Of a stretch of 64,000 nt of DNA, positions 22,173-31,580 are shown piece after piece. Positions within the stretch are counted from its first letter, which is position 1. Each line of letters starts with the position of its first letter. Made by a program: the position numbers and the translations under genes. The stretch spans positions 127,105 through 191,104 of the forward strand of contig PDIP01000028.1 in the NCBI GenBank assembly GCA_002811645.1, given 5' to 3'. Under the pieces are notes generated by a model. It was given only the letters and a program-made list of their open reading frames with translations, searched no databases and was not told the origin of the DNA. The stretch is from Corallochytrium limacisporum Hawaii. Its lineage: Eukaryota > Protista > Pluriformea.

Positions 22173-23002
22173 ATAAATAATCATATAAATCACGATCCGG
22201 TATATATTTTCGAACGAAAATTTTGGTTGGATACGGAGTATACATTCAACTCAGAGGATAGTACCAGTACCATATATCGCTCTCTTGGAGTGTGATGATG
22301 ACGATGCCTGGTGGGGTGTTTGCTCTATGGAAACCGAAGATCTCAAGAAACACGTTCGGCAGCAGAGTACTCATGATCAGCAGAGTGTGGCGGACATCTA
22401 TTCAGGCAGCAGATAAAAAATGGGCTGAGTGTAAGAGGATTGAGCAGGGCTGGCCAGGGATCAGCTGACTGCCTGCCCCCTCTCCCTATATCGGCTGAGT
22501 AAGAGCAGCGCTCCCACCGAACTGCAAGCTCATTTCCCCTAAAGACCCGCCCGGTTATCCTTCTCCGTCCACTTCCCGCTGCCCCGTGCTCAGACCCAAA
22601 CGCACCTGGTTTTTCGTGCCACGGGCCTTGCTTTGCCTTCCTCACAGTCATCGCCGTATATTCAATATGAAAATATTCCAAGCGATGAAAGCCGTCCGTG
22701 CATTATCAGTGGGGGGGGCCCGGGGCGGGGGGGGCAGACGCGGACGGTGCGGGACAGAGAACGGTGCCAGTGTTCTCAAGGATGGTGGTTAACTATGTCG
22801 CATCAATCACTCAGATCGCAGCGCTTCCTCGCCCCTCTACATCCACGTATGTGTCATTTCTTCGGTATAGAAGACAGCGATGCGATTTATTTATAGATGG
22901 TCAGCTGACCTAGAAAAGATTGAGCACCCTATCCTATCGCCTGACAGGCCTGCATTGGGTATTAAAGACGAACCTTGACTGTGTAGACTGGCCAAGGAAC
23001 GG

Positions 23003-24235
23003 ATGATCCGCAGAGCTGCACTACATTTGCCTGTCCCACGACGCCGTTTGGTGCCACTTTCTGTTCTTCCTGTCACATTTACTAAAAGTCGATCCACCGT
23101 AACCTGGGATTCTCAGCGCTCGCAGGAAAAACGAATGCCTAGTACGATGGCTGCAAACGTGGAGCTCAAGGAAGAGACGGTCACTATGGTGCCGGATCTC
23201 CAGGCTGCCGTAGTGGCCGCCGGTTTCGGAGATAGACCTCCACCCTGTGCTGCTGCCTTGAAGCACTCTTTTGACACATTGACAGATAAGGAATTGACTA
23301 CCACGGCTGAGATCGAGGGTACCAGAATTCGCGGCATTGGCGGAGATTTTATTAGCGGTGGCATGATGGTGGCACACTTGGATAACACTTTCGGACCACT
23401 CTCATTCTTCCGCGGTCCACGTCCGTCTGTGACCGCTCAGTTGAGCTGCATGATACTGATGCCGATGCCTACTAACACCCCAATGAAAGCGTGGGCCAAG
23501 ATTACAGAACAGACCCGCCAAAACATATTCATGGACGGACAGATCATGGACGAGGACTCGAGAGTGTTTGGTTTCTCATCCAGCAGCAATCGCATGGTAC
23601 CAGAGCAAATTGCAACAAAGGCTACCGGCTTCTTTGTCAGTGCAGTGGAAAGCTTCTACACTATGTACTTCAGTATTTTTGGCAAGCCGGCTCAGCTATC
23701 GTACAAAGTGAAACCAAGGGTACGTCTTGAAGCCAGCGGTAAACCGATTTTGAAATCCTTACCACCAGCCCTGGAAGAAGCAATCAAGGATGCTACTGTT
23801 CTGGATTTTCTGAGCGGAGAGTTTGTTGCGGTCAACGCCGGTGATGGTGAGAAGATTTGCGATGGCCCCTGCCATGTTGGTAACGAATCCATCACTAGCA
23901 CGAGTATCCGCTTTCCCAACCAGAAGTCCCTGTGGAACCCTCTGAACAGCTACCAGGGCGGCTTCGTGGCCACATGCATGTCCACCGCCGCCGAAGCAGC
24001 AGCGGTTCTATTCTTCGACGGCATGGGCCAGGGCAAGAGGCAGTTCTTCCTCAGCAATATCAACATCTACTACCAGCGTCCTGTCAACAAGAACGTCAAG
24101 TACATTATTGCCAATAGTCGCATTATATGCGGTCGGGAGAATGGTGAGCTTGTCTGGGAGGGCACACTGCACAATGATGACGACGAGGGTAAGCTGTGCG
24201 CCTTTGCCAACGGAACCATCCGCACAGTCAACTGA
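23003..24235 (+). CDS. Double hotdog-fold acyl-CoA thioesterase (PaaI/THEM-like), probable mitochondrial presequence
   Basis: Two hotdog repeats: GDFISGGMMVAHLDNTFG...VTAQLSC and WNPLNSYQGGFVAT...NINIYYQRPV; Arg/Ser/Leu-rich N-terminus lacking acidic residues. Confidence 0.7.
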   Translation: MIRRAALHLPVPRRRLVPLSVLPVTFTKSRSTVTWDSQRSQEKRMPSTMAANVELKEETVTMVPDLQAAVVAAGFGDRPPPCAAALKHSFDTLTDKELTTTAEIEGTRIRGIGGDFISGGMMVAHLDNTFGPLSFFRGPRPSVTAQLSCMILMPMPTNTPMKAWAKITEQTRQNIFMDGQIMDEDSRVFGFSSSSNRMVPEQIATKATGFFVSAVESFYTMYFSIFGKPAQLSYKVKPRVRLEASGKPILKSLPPALEEAIKDATVLDFLSGEFVAVNAGDGEKICDGPCHVGNESITSTSIRFPNQKSLWNPLNSYQGGFVATCMSTAAEAAAVLFFDGMGQGKRQFFLSNINIYYQRPVNKNVKYIIANSRIICGRENGELVWEGTLHNDDDEGKLCAFANGTIRTVN

Positions 24236-24309
24236 AATGGTAATCTATTTTTCTTATTGTACATTAAATCTCCCTTAGTAAGTAGAAGTTTTATCCTTCA
24301 TGGACCTAT

Positions 24310-26079
24310 TCAGAGCTCCGCCTTGTAATCGAAGAGTTCCGGGGTTGCCGGTGTCGGTTCGGGCTGCTTGATTGGTTCTATAGGCGGAAGGTGTTCGGCA
24401 CCGCAATGCAGATCTGTTGCCGGTTTAAAGCCACTCACCAACTCTCGCGTATCCGCAAGACAATCTCCCAGGCCCTGCAGGAATTGATACCCCTGCAAGG
24501 TCCCACTCATCAACGCTGAGTTGTGACGGGTCAGCCCCATTAGTTTTGCAGCCGGGTCAGCTTCTGCGAGCATAACGGTCAGCAGCATCCCATTCTCAGG
24601 TCCATTACACTGTGTAAGGTCGATGGCATCGAAGCGATATGTCCGCATGTCTCGGTACTGTTGCGAAGCTCTCCACGCATTTGACGTTTGCTGTGCACCG
24701 GTGGCCGTCTGAAGAAAGTAGTTTTCCACTTCAATGATACTTACAAAGCATTGTTTCATATCTTCCGACACACGAATGGCTGGATTGAAGCCCGTCACAC
24801 TAATTTGCCAGCGGGATCCGTCAGTCAAAAAGACACCACGGCTCCAGCTCTCTTTCTGAATCGCAGTTTCCAGGAACGGAGAGGACCACTGCACACGGCC
24901 GGCCAACGACAGGCCACCACGATCTTCAACGTATCGCGTCAGCTCAGTGCTCACACTACTTCGCAACGACGGTAGATCGTACGGCATAAACGCAACAGTG
25001 CGCAACAGTGAAGGGAAAGTAGCTCGACCACCGCGTCTCACGATACTGCTGACATCCAGTCCTCCATCAAGCAATCGCTCAGTGGAAAGCATGCTCTGCA
25101 GGTTTACACCGGTAAGCACCTCCCAAGACGATTGTAGTTCTGGCCCTTCCTCTATGCTGCGCACCATCTGCGCGTAATCACTGCCAGTGAGCCAGGCGGC
25201 ACCAATGTCGACCCCATCCGACCTTGCGTATCGTTGCGGGTACCGTTCGTAGGTGTCCATTGCTGGATTGGTCACAAACACAAACGTTGCTCGACTAGCA
25301 TCCACACGCCTGAGCTTCGATGTTAAGGGTAGCGACCCCGTTGGACCAGTGACGTGGTCATTGTCGTTGGTGTCCTGTGCCTCTGTCCTCCATGGCTGCT
25401 GTCCCCCGCTTTCCTCGTAGGCCACCTCAAAGACTGGACCGCCCTTCAGCACACTCTGCAAGATGCGTGCAACATCGCTATGTAGCCGGCCATGAAGCGG
25501 CCTACATGACTCGATTTCATCAAATGCAATCACAGCGTATGGGCACCGTTCCAGGGCCTGACCAATTTCCCTTGCAACTTGGTGGTACCATGCTTCACTG
25601 TACCCACCAGTGTCGCAGCTGAAGTATAATGTTTCCGCTGATGCAGGCGTCTCTAAGAATAACGAAGCAGCTTGACGCTGTATGATCCAATCTTTGCCGA
25701 AGACCCGCCGCAATAGGCGGGTCTTTCCGACAGCAGTGGGCCCTACCAGGAGAAACACCGCTGGAGTAGCATTCACTGACCCAGATGAACTGGAATCAGC
25801 TCCATGCCATTCCCAAGTCTTTTCTTGAAGCACTTTCGATATCGTGTTTACTACATGCACTTGAGTACCGAATCCTTCCTTCAAAGCGTTTCGGCGGAAA
25901 GCATCGCCAAGACTTGGATTTGCTCGGCATTTACCCATCAAGACATCAGTGGCAATAGTCTTTGCGATCCCAACGGCACTGCCAATCAAGTCACTCACTA
26001 CTGCATCCGTCTGCATACAATGTACTAGTACCAAAAATATGTATAACAGTGTCCACCAGGGACGCTGTCGCAACCGCAT
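24310..26079 (-). CDS. Torsin-like ER-luminal AAA+ ATPase with signal peptide and KDEL-like KAEL end
   Basis: Signal peptide WWTLLYIFLVLVHC; FGTQVHV, Walker A GPTAVGKT, CPYAVIAFDE (Walker B), ATFVFVTN (sensor 1), VAFMPY; ends YKAEL*. Confidence 0.7.
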   Translation of the reverse strand: MRLRQRPWWTLLYIFLVLVHCMQTDAVVSDLIGSAVGIAKTIATDVLMGKCRANPSLGDAFRRNALKEGFGTQVHVVNTISKVLQEKTWEWHGADSSSSGSVNATPAVFLLVGPTAVGKTRLLRRVFGKDWIIQRQAASLFLETPASAETLYFSCDTGGYSEAWYHQVAREIGQALERCPYAVIAFDEIESCRPLHGRLHSDVARILQSVLKGGPVFEVAYEESGGQQPWRTEAQDTNDNDHVTGPTGSLPLTSKLRRVDASRATFVFVTNPAMDTYERYPQRYARSDGVDIGAAWLTGSDYAQMVRSIEEGPELQSSWEVLTGVNLQSMLSTERLLDGGLDVSSIVRRGGRATFPSLLRTVAFMPYDLPSLRSSVSTELTRYVEDRGGLSLAGRVQWSSPFLETAIQKESWSRGVFLTDGSRWQISVTGFNPAIRVSEDMKQCFVSIIEVENYFLQTATGAQQTSNAWRASQQYRDMRTYRFDAIDLTQCNGPENGMLLTVMLAEADPAAKLMGLTRHNSALMSGTLQGYQFLQGLGDCLADTRELVSGFKPATDLHCGAEHLPPIEPIKQPEPTPATPELFDYKAEL

Positions 26080-26927
26080 GGTTCTGTCTCTTGGTCCTCA
26101 GGACGGCTATCCACCTGTCATTTCTAGTCTCGTACCCGTAGGGTCTCGGATTACTCTAAAAAAGAAACACAGAGGGTAATCAAATGTCTATCATGTATTT
26201 ATTCTATGATATCTGTTCTACCTACACAAGTAATCGCTCACTAGCCGATTGAGCAGATATGGCCAAGATGTCACGCACTGCCACCTCACCGTATCCGCGC
26301 GCCGCCACTGCTGCGCACCACCCCCTCACCGTTGGTGCTTCCTCTTCCCCCCTCCCCCGGGGGGGGGGGGCCGATCTCTGACCCGCTCTCCTGGGCCAGA
26401 TTGATTTTCTGATTGATCTGCACGTTTGATTTCCGTATAGGCGAATCGAGCCATAAACAAACAGCCAGTGGAGATCAGGTGAGAGGGAAAGCCACGGTTG
26501 GTATGTGTATATGTGAAGAAACTTCGATACTGAAAAAGTAGAATTGGATATGTGGGAGGTATCCCTCATGGTTTTGGGGGTCCTCGAAAGTGAAAACAGG
26601 TGGTGTGTGCCTCCTCGCTCTTGGCCCTGTGCGCCAAGTGGGAACCAATACCCCACAACACACAGGTGCACCAATCAGCCCAGGGCCGGTTGCCTGTGTG
26701 TCTCTATCTTGTGAAAGCGTACCCCGTGTCAACGATATGAAAGTCTTGACGCGTGCTTGTGTTTTGAATTAGAACGCTCTTTTCAATATGGACAGATACT
26801 AGAATCTGATCATTCTGGTCTGGTATTTGAAATCCTGGTTTACAGGAATGGATAAATTTCAAAGCAAGAAACGCCAACGGGATGGACTCTGTTCACACAG
26901 ATATTGTACCACTTTAGTTGATTCAAC

Positions 26928-27434
26928 ATGTTGAGCCGATTTGCACTTCGGAACCGGGCCACTATTAACCGGGCTGTGTACAGCGCCCGCCGCTTCTACG
27001 CTGCTGAGGCTGCCGAGTCTACTGTGCCTGAGGGAAAGATCCAGCTGACTTTTGCCAGCGCTCGCGAGGGATATTTCGAGAAGGCCATTGTCCAGCAGGT
27101 TATTGTCCCCGCCGATGAGGGTAACATGGGTATTCTGGCCAAGCACGTTCCCACCCTCGGAGTGATGCGCCCTGGTGTGGCTACTGTGATTGAAGACGGT
27201 GGACAGGAAACCAAGTTCTTCGTGTCTAGTGGCACTATTACCGTCAACCCAGATAGCACCGTGCAGATCCTTGCAGAGGAGGCTGTGCCCCTGGACCAGC
27301 TGGATGCTGGTAAGGCCAACGAAGAGCTGAACAAGGCCCAGAGTCTGCTGAACGCTGCTAGCGATGATGTGGCTAAGGCCAAGGCCCAGATTGAGGTTGA
27401 TGTATTTACCGCCATGGTCAACTCTCTCAAGTAA
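26928..27434 (+). CDS. ATP5F1D: Mitochondrial ATP synthase F1 delta subunit
   Basis: Presequence, GNMGILAKHVPTLGVMRPGV, KFFVSSGTITVN, VQILAEEA, AKAQIEV. Confidence 0.97.
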   Translation: MLSRFALRNRATINRAVYSARRFYAAEAAESTVPEGKIQLTFASAREGYFEKAIVQQVIVPADEGNMGILAKHVPTLGVMRPGVATVIEDGGQETKFFVSSGTITVNPDSTVQILAEEAVPLDQLDAGKANEELNKAQSLLNAASDDVAKAKAQIEVDVFTAMVNSLK

Positions 27435-27925
27435 TTTTTCGGGATTAACTCTGCAAAGATTTTACATACAAATATCAAACATTTTCGCATACTACATTCG
27501 AGAACCAAAATGCATGCTCGTGGGCTAAATCGATAGTGATGTAGGGAGCTAAAGCAAGGATGCACCGGTGTGTGAAAGCCGTTTACAATGAATCATCATT
27601 GGCATTCCATATGAATCAATGTGACTTGCTTCTTCCTCCTCCTCGTGTATGGGAAATCACTAAGTAACATTTGCTGCCCATCTTTTCTTGTCTCTTTTGT
27701 CTCCAAACCTCGTTTACGTGACTTCTTTATGCTACAGGTCAGTCGAAGCTATCGCGGTTTTATAGGATGTATTTGTTTCATGACCACTGCTGTGTCCTTG
27801 TTTGCCATTCGCGAAAGTGGCATGTTGATGATTATATGTAAAGGATGCAGCAATATATGGATATCATTTGTAGTACACGAATGACAGAACTGCAATGATC
27901 ATAAAAGAATATGATGACGGTAGGC

Positions 27926-29056
27926 CTATGACTTCACCTTCGGAGACTTTCCGTTCACTTTGGTCTTACCGTTGACGCTGTTCTTTAGAGAAGTTCCCTT
28001 TCCCCTGTTTGCACGCATGACAGTTTTCTTATCTTCTCGGATGTCATCACCTTCTTCTCCGAGCACAATACTACGGTAGGCAATGCGACTAATCAGGTAG
28101 CTCCAGTAGATGTGGATGACCTGCAATGCGGTCAACCATAGCACGAAGAACGTGTAGATGGTAGGACCGGGCCAGTCAGGGACCATGGTGCCGTAGACAA
28201 CGCTCATCAGGACCTTTGTAGGGTAGAAGTACAAACGAGTCACCACCCAGACAGCAATGAACGTGGCGAAGCAACAGTCACCAAACCTTCTCCAGAAAGC
28301 ACGCTCGCGTCTCATTCCCCGTGCTTGCGCGCTTTCCTTCAGGTATACGGTCATCTTTGATGTCTCCAGAAATCCATCAGCGGCATCGTGCACGAAGAGT
28401 ACGGTAATACAAATCCAATGATAGTTATTACCCCAGCCGAATGTTATAAGCAGAATAGTGAGAAGGTGGTGGACTACCATGAGCTGCGAGTCACCACGCT
28501 TTGCATCCATGTAGTAAACACCCCAGATAGCATAAAAGTAGAAGGACAGCTGTGCCACGCACATCCAGTAAACCTCGGGGGGCTGCTGGACGCCAGGACC
28601 GTACGGTAACTCCAGCCACATGTATGTAGGGTCCTCCCACAAGTTGTGCTTCTGGATTATGAGCCACTCAAGGCCCACCATGGTCATATAGTACGTTGCC
28701 TTCCACATGCTTTCGTCCCATTTTAGGGCGTTCTGACTCTTTGCCGATGGCTCCGTTAGGTTCAGGGCCCGTGCAAGCGGGCGGCTGATCAGGGTATGAT
28801 ACAGCGGTCTCACGAGTGCCCAGATGAAAGTACAGACCAGCAAGTGCAGCAAGCGCTCTGACGAAAGATCAATGTGGAAATTTTGAATTTCCCAAGCCCA
28901 CCATGCTGCCGGGTCCTTATATGCCCAAACGATCCTCTCTATCCAATAAGGATACGCTTCCATAAACAGGAAACGATACGCTTCGCCGATCTGTGCCAGA
29001 GACTCCATGACTCTCGGTATACACTCTGCATTTACTGGTGAAAAACTTTTTGACAT
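27926..29056 (-). CDS. CERS1: Ceramide synthase (LAG1/CERS1-like, TLC domain)
   Basis: KWDESMWKATYY, Lag1 motif RGDSQLMVVHHLLT...VLFVHDAADGFLETSK, TRLYFYP, DDIRE; first ATG 29056 (track start 29095 is TTG). Confidence 0.92.
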   Translation of the reverse strand: MSKSFSPVNAECIPRVMESLAQIGEAYRFLFMEAYPYWIERIVWAYKDPAAWWAWEIQNFHIDLSSERLLHLLVCTFIWALVRPLYHTLISRPLARALNLTEPSAKSQNALKWDESMWKATYYMTMVGLEWLIIQKHNLWEDPTYMWLELPYGPGVQQPPEVYWMCVAQLSFYFYAIWGVYYMDAKRGDSQLMVVHHLLTILLITFGWGNNYHWICITVLFVHDAADGFLETSKMTVYLKESAQARGMRRERAFWRRFGDCCFATFIAVWVVTRLYFYPTKVLMSVVYGTMVPDWPGPTIYTFFVLWLTALQVIHIYWSYLISRIAYRSIVLGEEGDDIREDKKTVMRANRGKGTSLKNSVNGKTKVNGKSPKVKS

Positions 29057-30791
29057 GGTAGTTATGTCTTTCAACTTTGAAATAGCCTTGCACAACTTCC
29101 AGCAGACGCGGTACTATCTGTCGCTCCCTGCTGTGCTACCAACCAATGTCTGCCTCCACAGTCGAGAACTTGTATCACCGTGCGATCACAAGTGTCACGG
29201 GGAGGAAGTAGACCATACGCTGCTCACGAGTGTAGAGGTGACGCGCAGGGCCAATTTAATCACCATTGCTCAGAGTCGGTGACAGAATTAGAAGGTCGCT
29301 ACTCTTCGCGCTGCGGCAGCCACACCATGGTCACCCGCAGGAACACGCGCCCGCTGCCACTCACTCTTTCGTGTGCCAACCCCCCAAACTGAAATGTTAC
29401 AAAGGCAGCCTGGGAAGCAGGGGAGAGAGAGAGGGGCGGGGGCGTGTTTTGGGGACATACCCCCCCCCCGGGGGGGTTGTTCCGGCCTTTGCCAGGCGAC
29501 TGACACAAAAAGAAAAGGGGGTCACACTGTGTGCACTGACCACCCGCAGTATTCTTGGTTTGAACTCCCAAGGAAAAAAGCGCGAACTGAGTATCAGGTA
29601 TGGCCCAGAGAAAGTATAAAAAGAAAAAGGCCAAAAAAAAAGGGGGAAGCGGCAGCGTGTGTCTAAAGACACACCGACGGAAAGGGAAGTGCGAAGCGAA
29701 AGAGAACGGGACGAAGAGCGAGTGTTCGAGATGGGCCGGGCGGACAGTGATCGAAATCTCATAGCAATACCACTCTTCTGCTGGTTTGATGAAAGGTGTA
29801 ATTTTCTTAAGTTTCCCCTGGCCGCGAGCAATTGGGAAAAATTATGTTAAGAAAAATTAGACCGAAAGACTGGCTTTTTTGGGGGGGGGAGGAACCAAGA
29901 AGCTCACGTCTCAGTAACCAAAAATAGACCCCGCGACCCACGGGACGCATTGGTGAGAAATTACAAGTAAGTACCGTTGGTACCGTCCAAAAGCCTTGGG
30001 CCTGCGATTATCTTTGCAAACAGAGGAAAAAAATAAAGGAGAAAGGCACCACCATTACCACACGTGAAAACCAACCCCTCCCTTGGCGGGGTAGCCACTA
30101 CTTTAGAGAAAGAAGGGGTCATCAAAGACCCGCCAAGGGTCATTTCGAACGGGCAGTGTGGTACGAGTGCTACTGCCGTGAACCTCTCTCGCTGAACCCG
30201 GGGGGACACAGTGTCTGGCAAGGAGACAAAACGGCAGGGCACCAAGGCTTTTACGAGTGGGCTGGCTCTGGTTCCGGATCCGGCGGGGGAAAAAGGTGTG
30301 GGTGTCCCAGTCGTGCGCAAAGCAGAAGGAAAAATTTTTTTCTTATATATATTCTCTCCAGCCATGGATCCGCGGCAAGTCAGTTTGGGCACCTGAGCGA
30401 GAGGGCCGGAACCTCTCTCCCTCCCCCCCCCTTCCTTTTGTCGCTCGGTGTGGCGAGGGAGAGTGTAATAATTAGGCCCCCGTACCTGCTGTATCCATCG
30501 CGCGCGAAAAGTTTGGGCCAGGGAGGGCGAGCAGTCAAGAGGGAGATCGATCGGCACTGAGTTCTCCAAGCACTTCGCCGTGTACCTTTCTCTGCGCTTC
30601 GTATGTGCGTGCACACGTTGCCTTGAAAGAAAGGTGCACATCGTATTACACGATGATGTTGTGAAGATTTTTTTGCTAACCCGGAATGTAAAACATGTGG
30701 CTGGTATTTGAAACAGAAGTGTATTGTCTACGAGGTTGGAGGCGCTTTTGCTCTCTGTACAGCGATCCATCCTGCCTACTTACACTGCTTT

Positions 30792-31457
30792 ATGATCAGT
30801 ACCAAGTATCGAGTATTCTTACGCTCATTTCATACAACTGAGAAACGGATCCCATCTGATATTTTCCAGAAAGTCATGCCCGCCGTGTCCCAAGTCGAAG
30901 CTGGCTCGACCCACGCTGATAACATGAACATCACTCCAAAGAAGCGTAAGGAAACCGAGCCCAGCATTGAGGAATCTTCAGCCAAGGTTCAGGCTGTCGA
31001 AGCTGCTCCTGTGGCAACCCCCGAAAGCTTCGGTCCTCTTCAGGTCAAGCTGTGGTCTGATAACGCGAAGCTGCCAGCCCGAGGATCCTCCCACGCCGCC
31101 GGTTATGACCTGTACGCGGCCGAAGACCGCACAATTGAGGCCCAAGGCAAGGCCATCGTTCCCACTGATATTTCCATTGCTGTCCCTGCTGGCACCTATG
31201 GCCGCATTGCTCCACGTTCTTCTTTGGCATGGAAACACCACATTGACGTCGGTGCTGGAGTGATCGACGAGGACTACCGCGGAAAGGTCGGCATTGTGCT
31301 CTACAACTTGGGCAAGAATGACTTTGAAATCAAGAAAGGTGACCGCTGCGCCCAGCTGATTTTGGAGCGGATTATAACTCCTGAGGTGGTGCAAGTTGAT
31401 GAGCTAGTTGAGACTGACCGTGGCGCAGGAGGTTTTGGGTCCACTGGTAAGAACTAG
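30792..31457 (+). CDS. DUT: dUTP pyrophosphatase with two in-frame ATGs (30792 and 30876)
   Basis: [42 protein letters not shown]; NLS PKKRK. Confidence 0.97.
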   Translation: MISTKYRVFLRSFHTTEKRIPSDIFQKVMPAVSQVEAGSTHADNMNITPKKRKETEPSIEESSAKVQAVEAAPVATPESFGPLQVKLWSDNAKLPARGSSHAAGYDLYAAEDRTIEAQGKAIVPTDISIAVPAGTYGRIAPRSSLAWKHHIDVGAGVIDEDYRGKVGIVLYNLGKNDFEIKKGDRCAQLILERIITPEVVQVDELVETDRGAGGFGSTGKN

Positions 31458-31580
31458 AACAGCATGGTAGGTAGCGGATGTTCATCAAGAAGAAAGATGA
31501 CGAGTCTCTGGCAGTCCCATCAACACCACAAAACTACTTTATAAAAGCAATCTAGTCCTTCGTTCGTTTATGTCTAGCCA

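Noticed and set aside
21287-22295. ORFs of about 300 aa spanning the N run
   Set aside because: Artefacts of the assembly gap
11210-29056. Ceramidase and ceramide synthase as a sphingolipid gene cluster
   Set aside because: About 16 kb apart with five unrelated genes between; compatible with chance
29961-30770. 269-aa minus-strand ORF in the CERS/DUT spacer
   Set aside because: Runs through homopolymer promoter-like DNA; no recognisable domain
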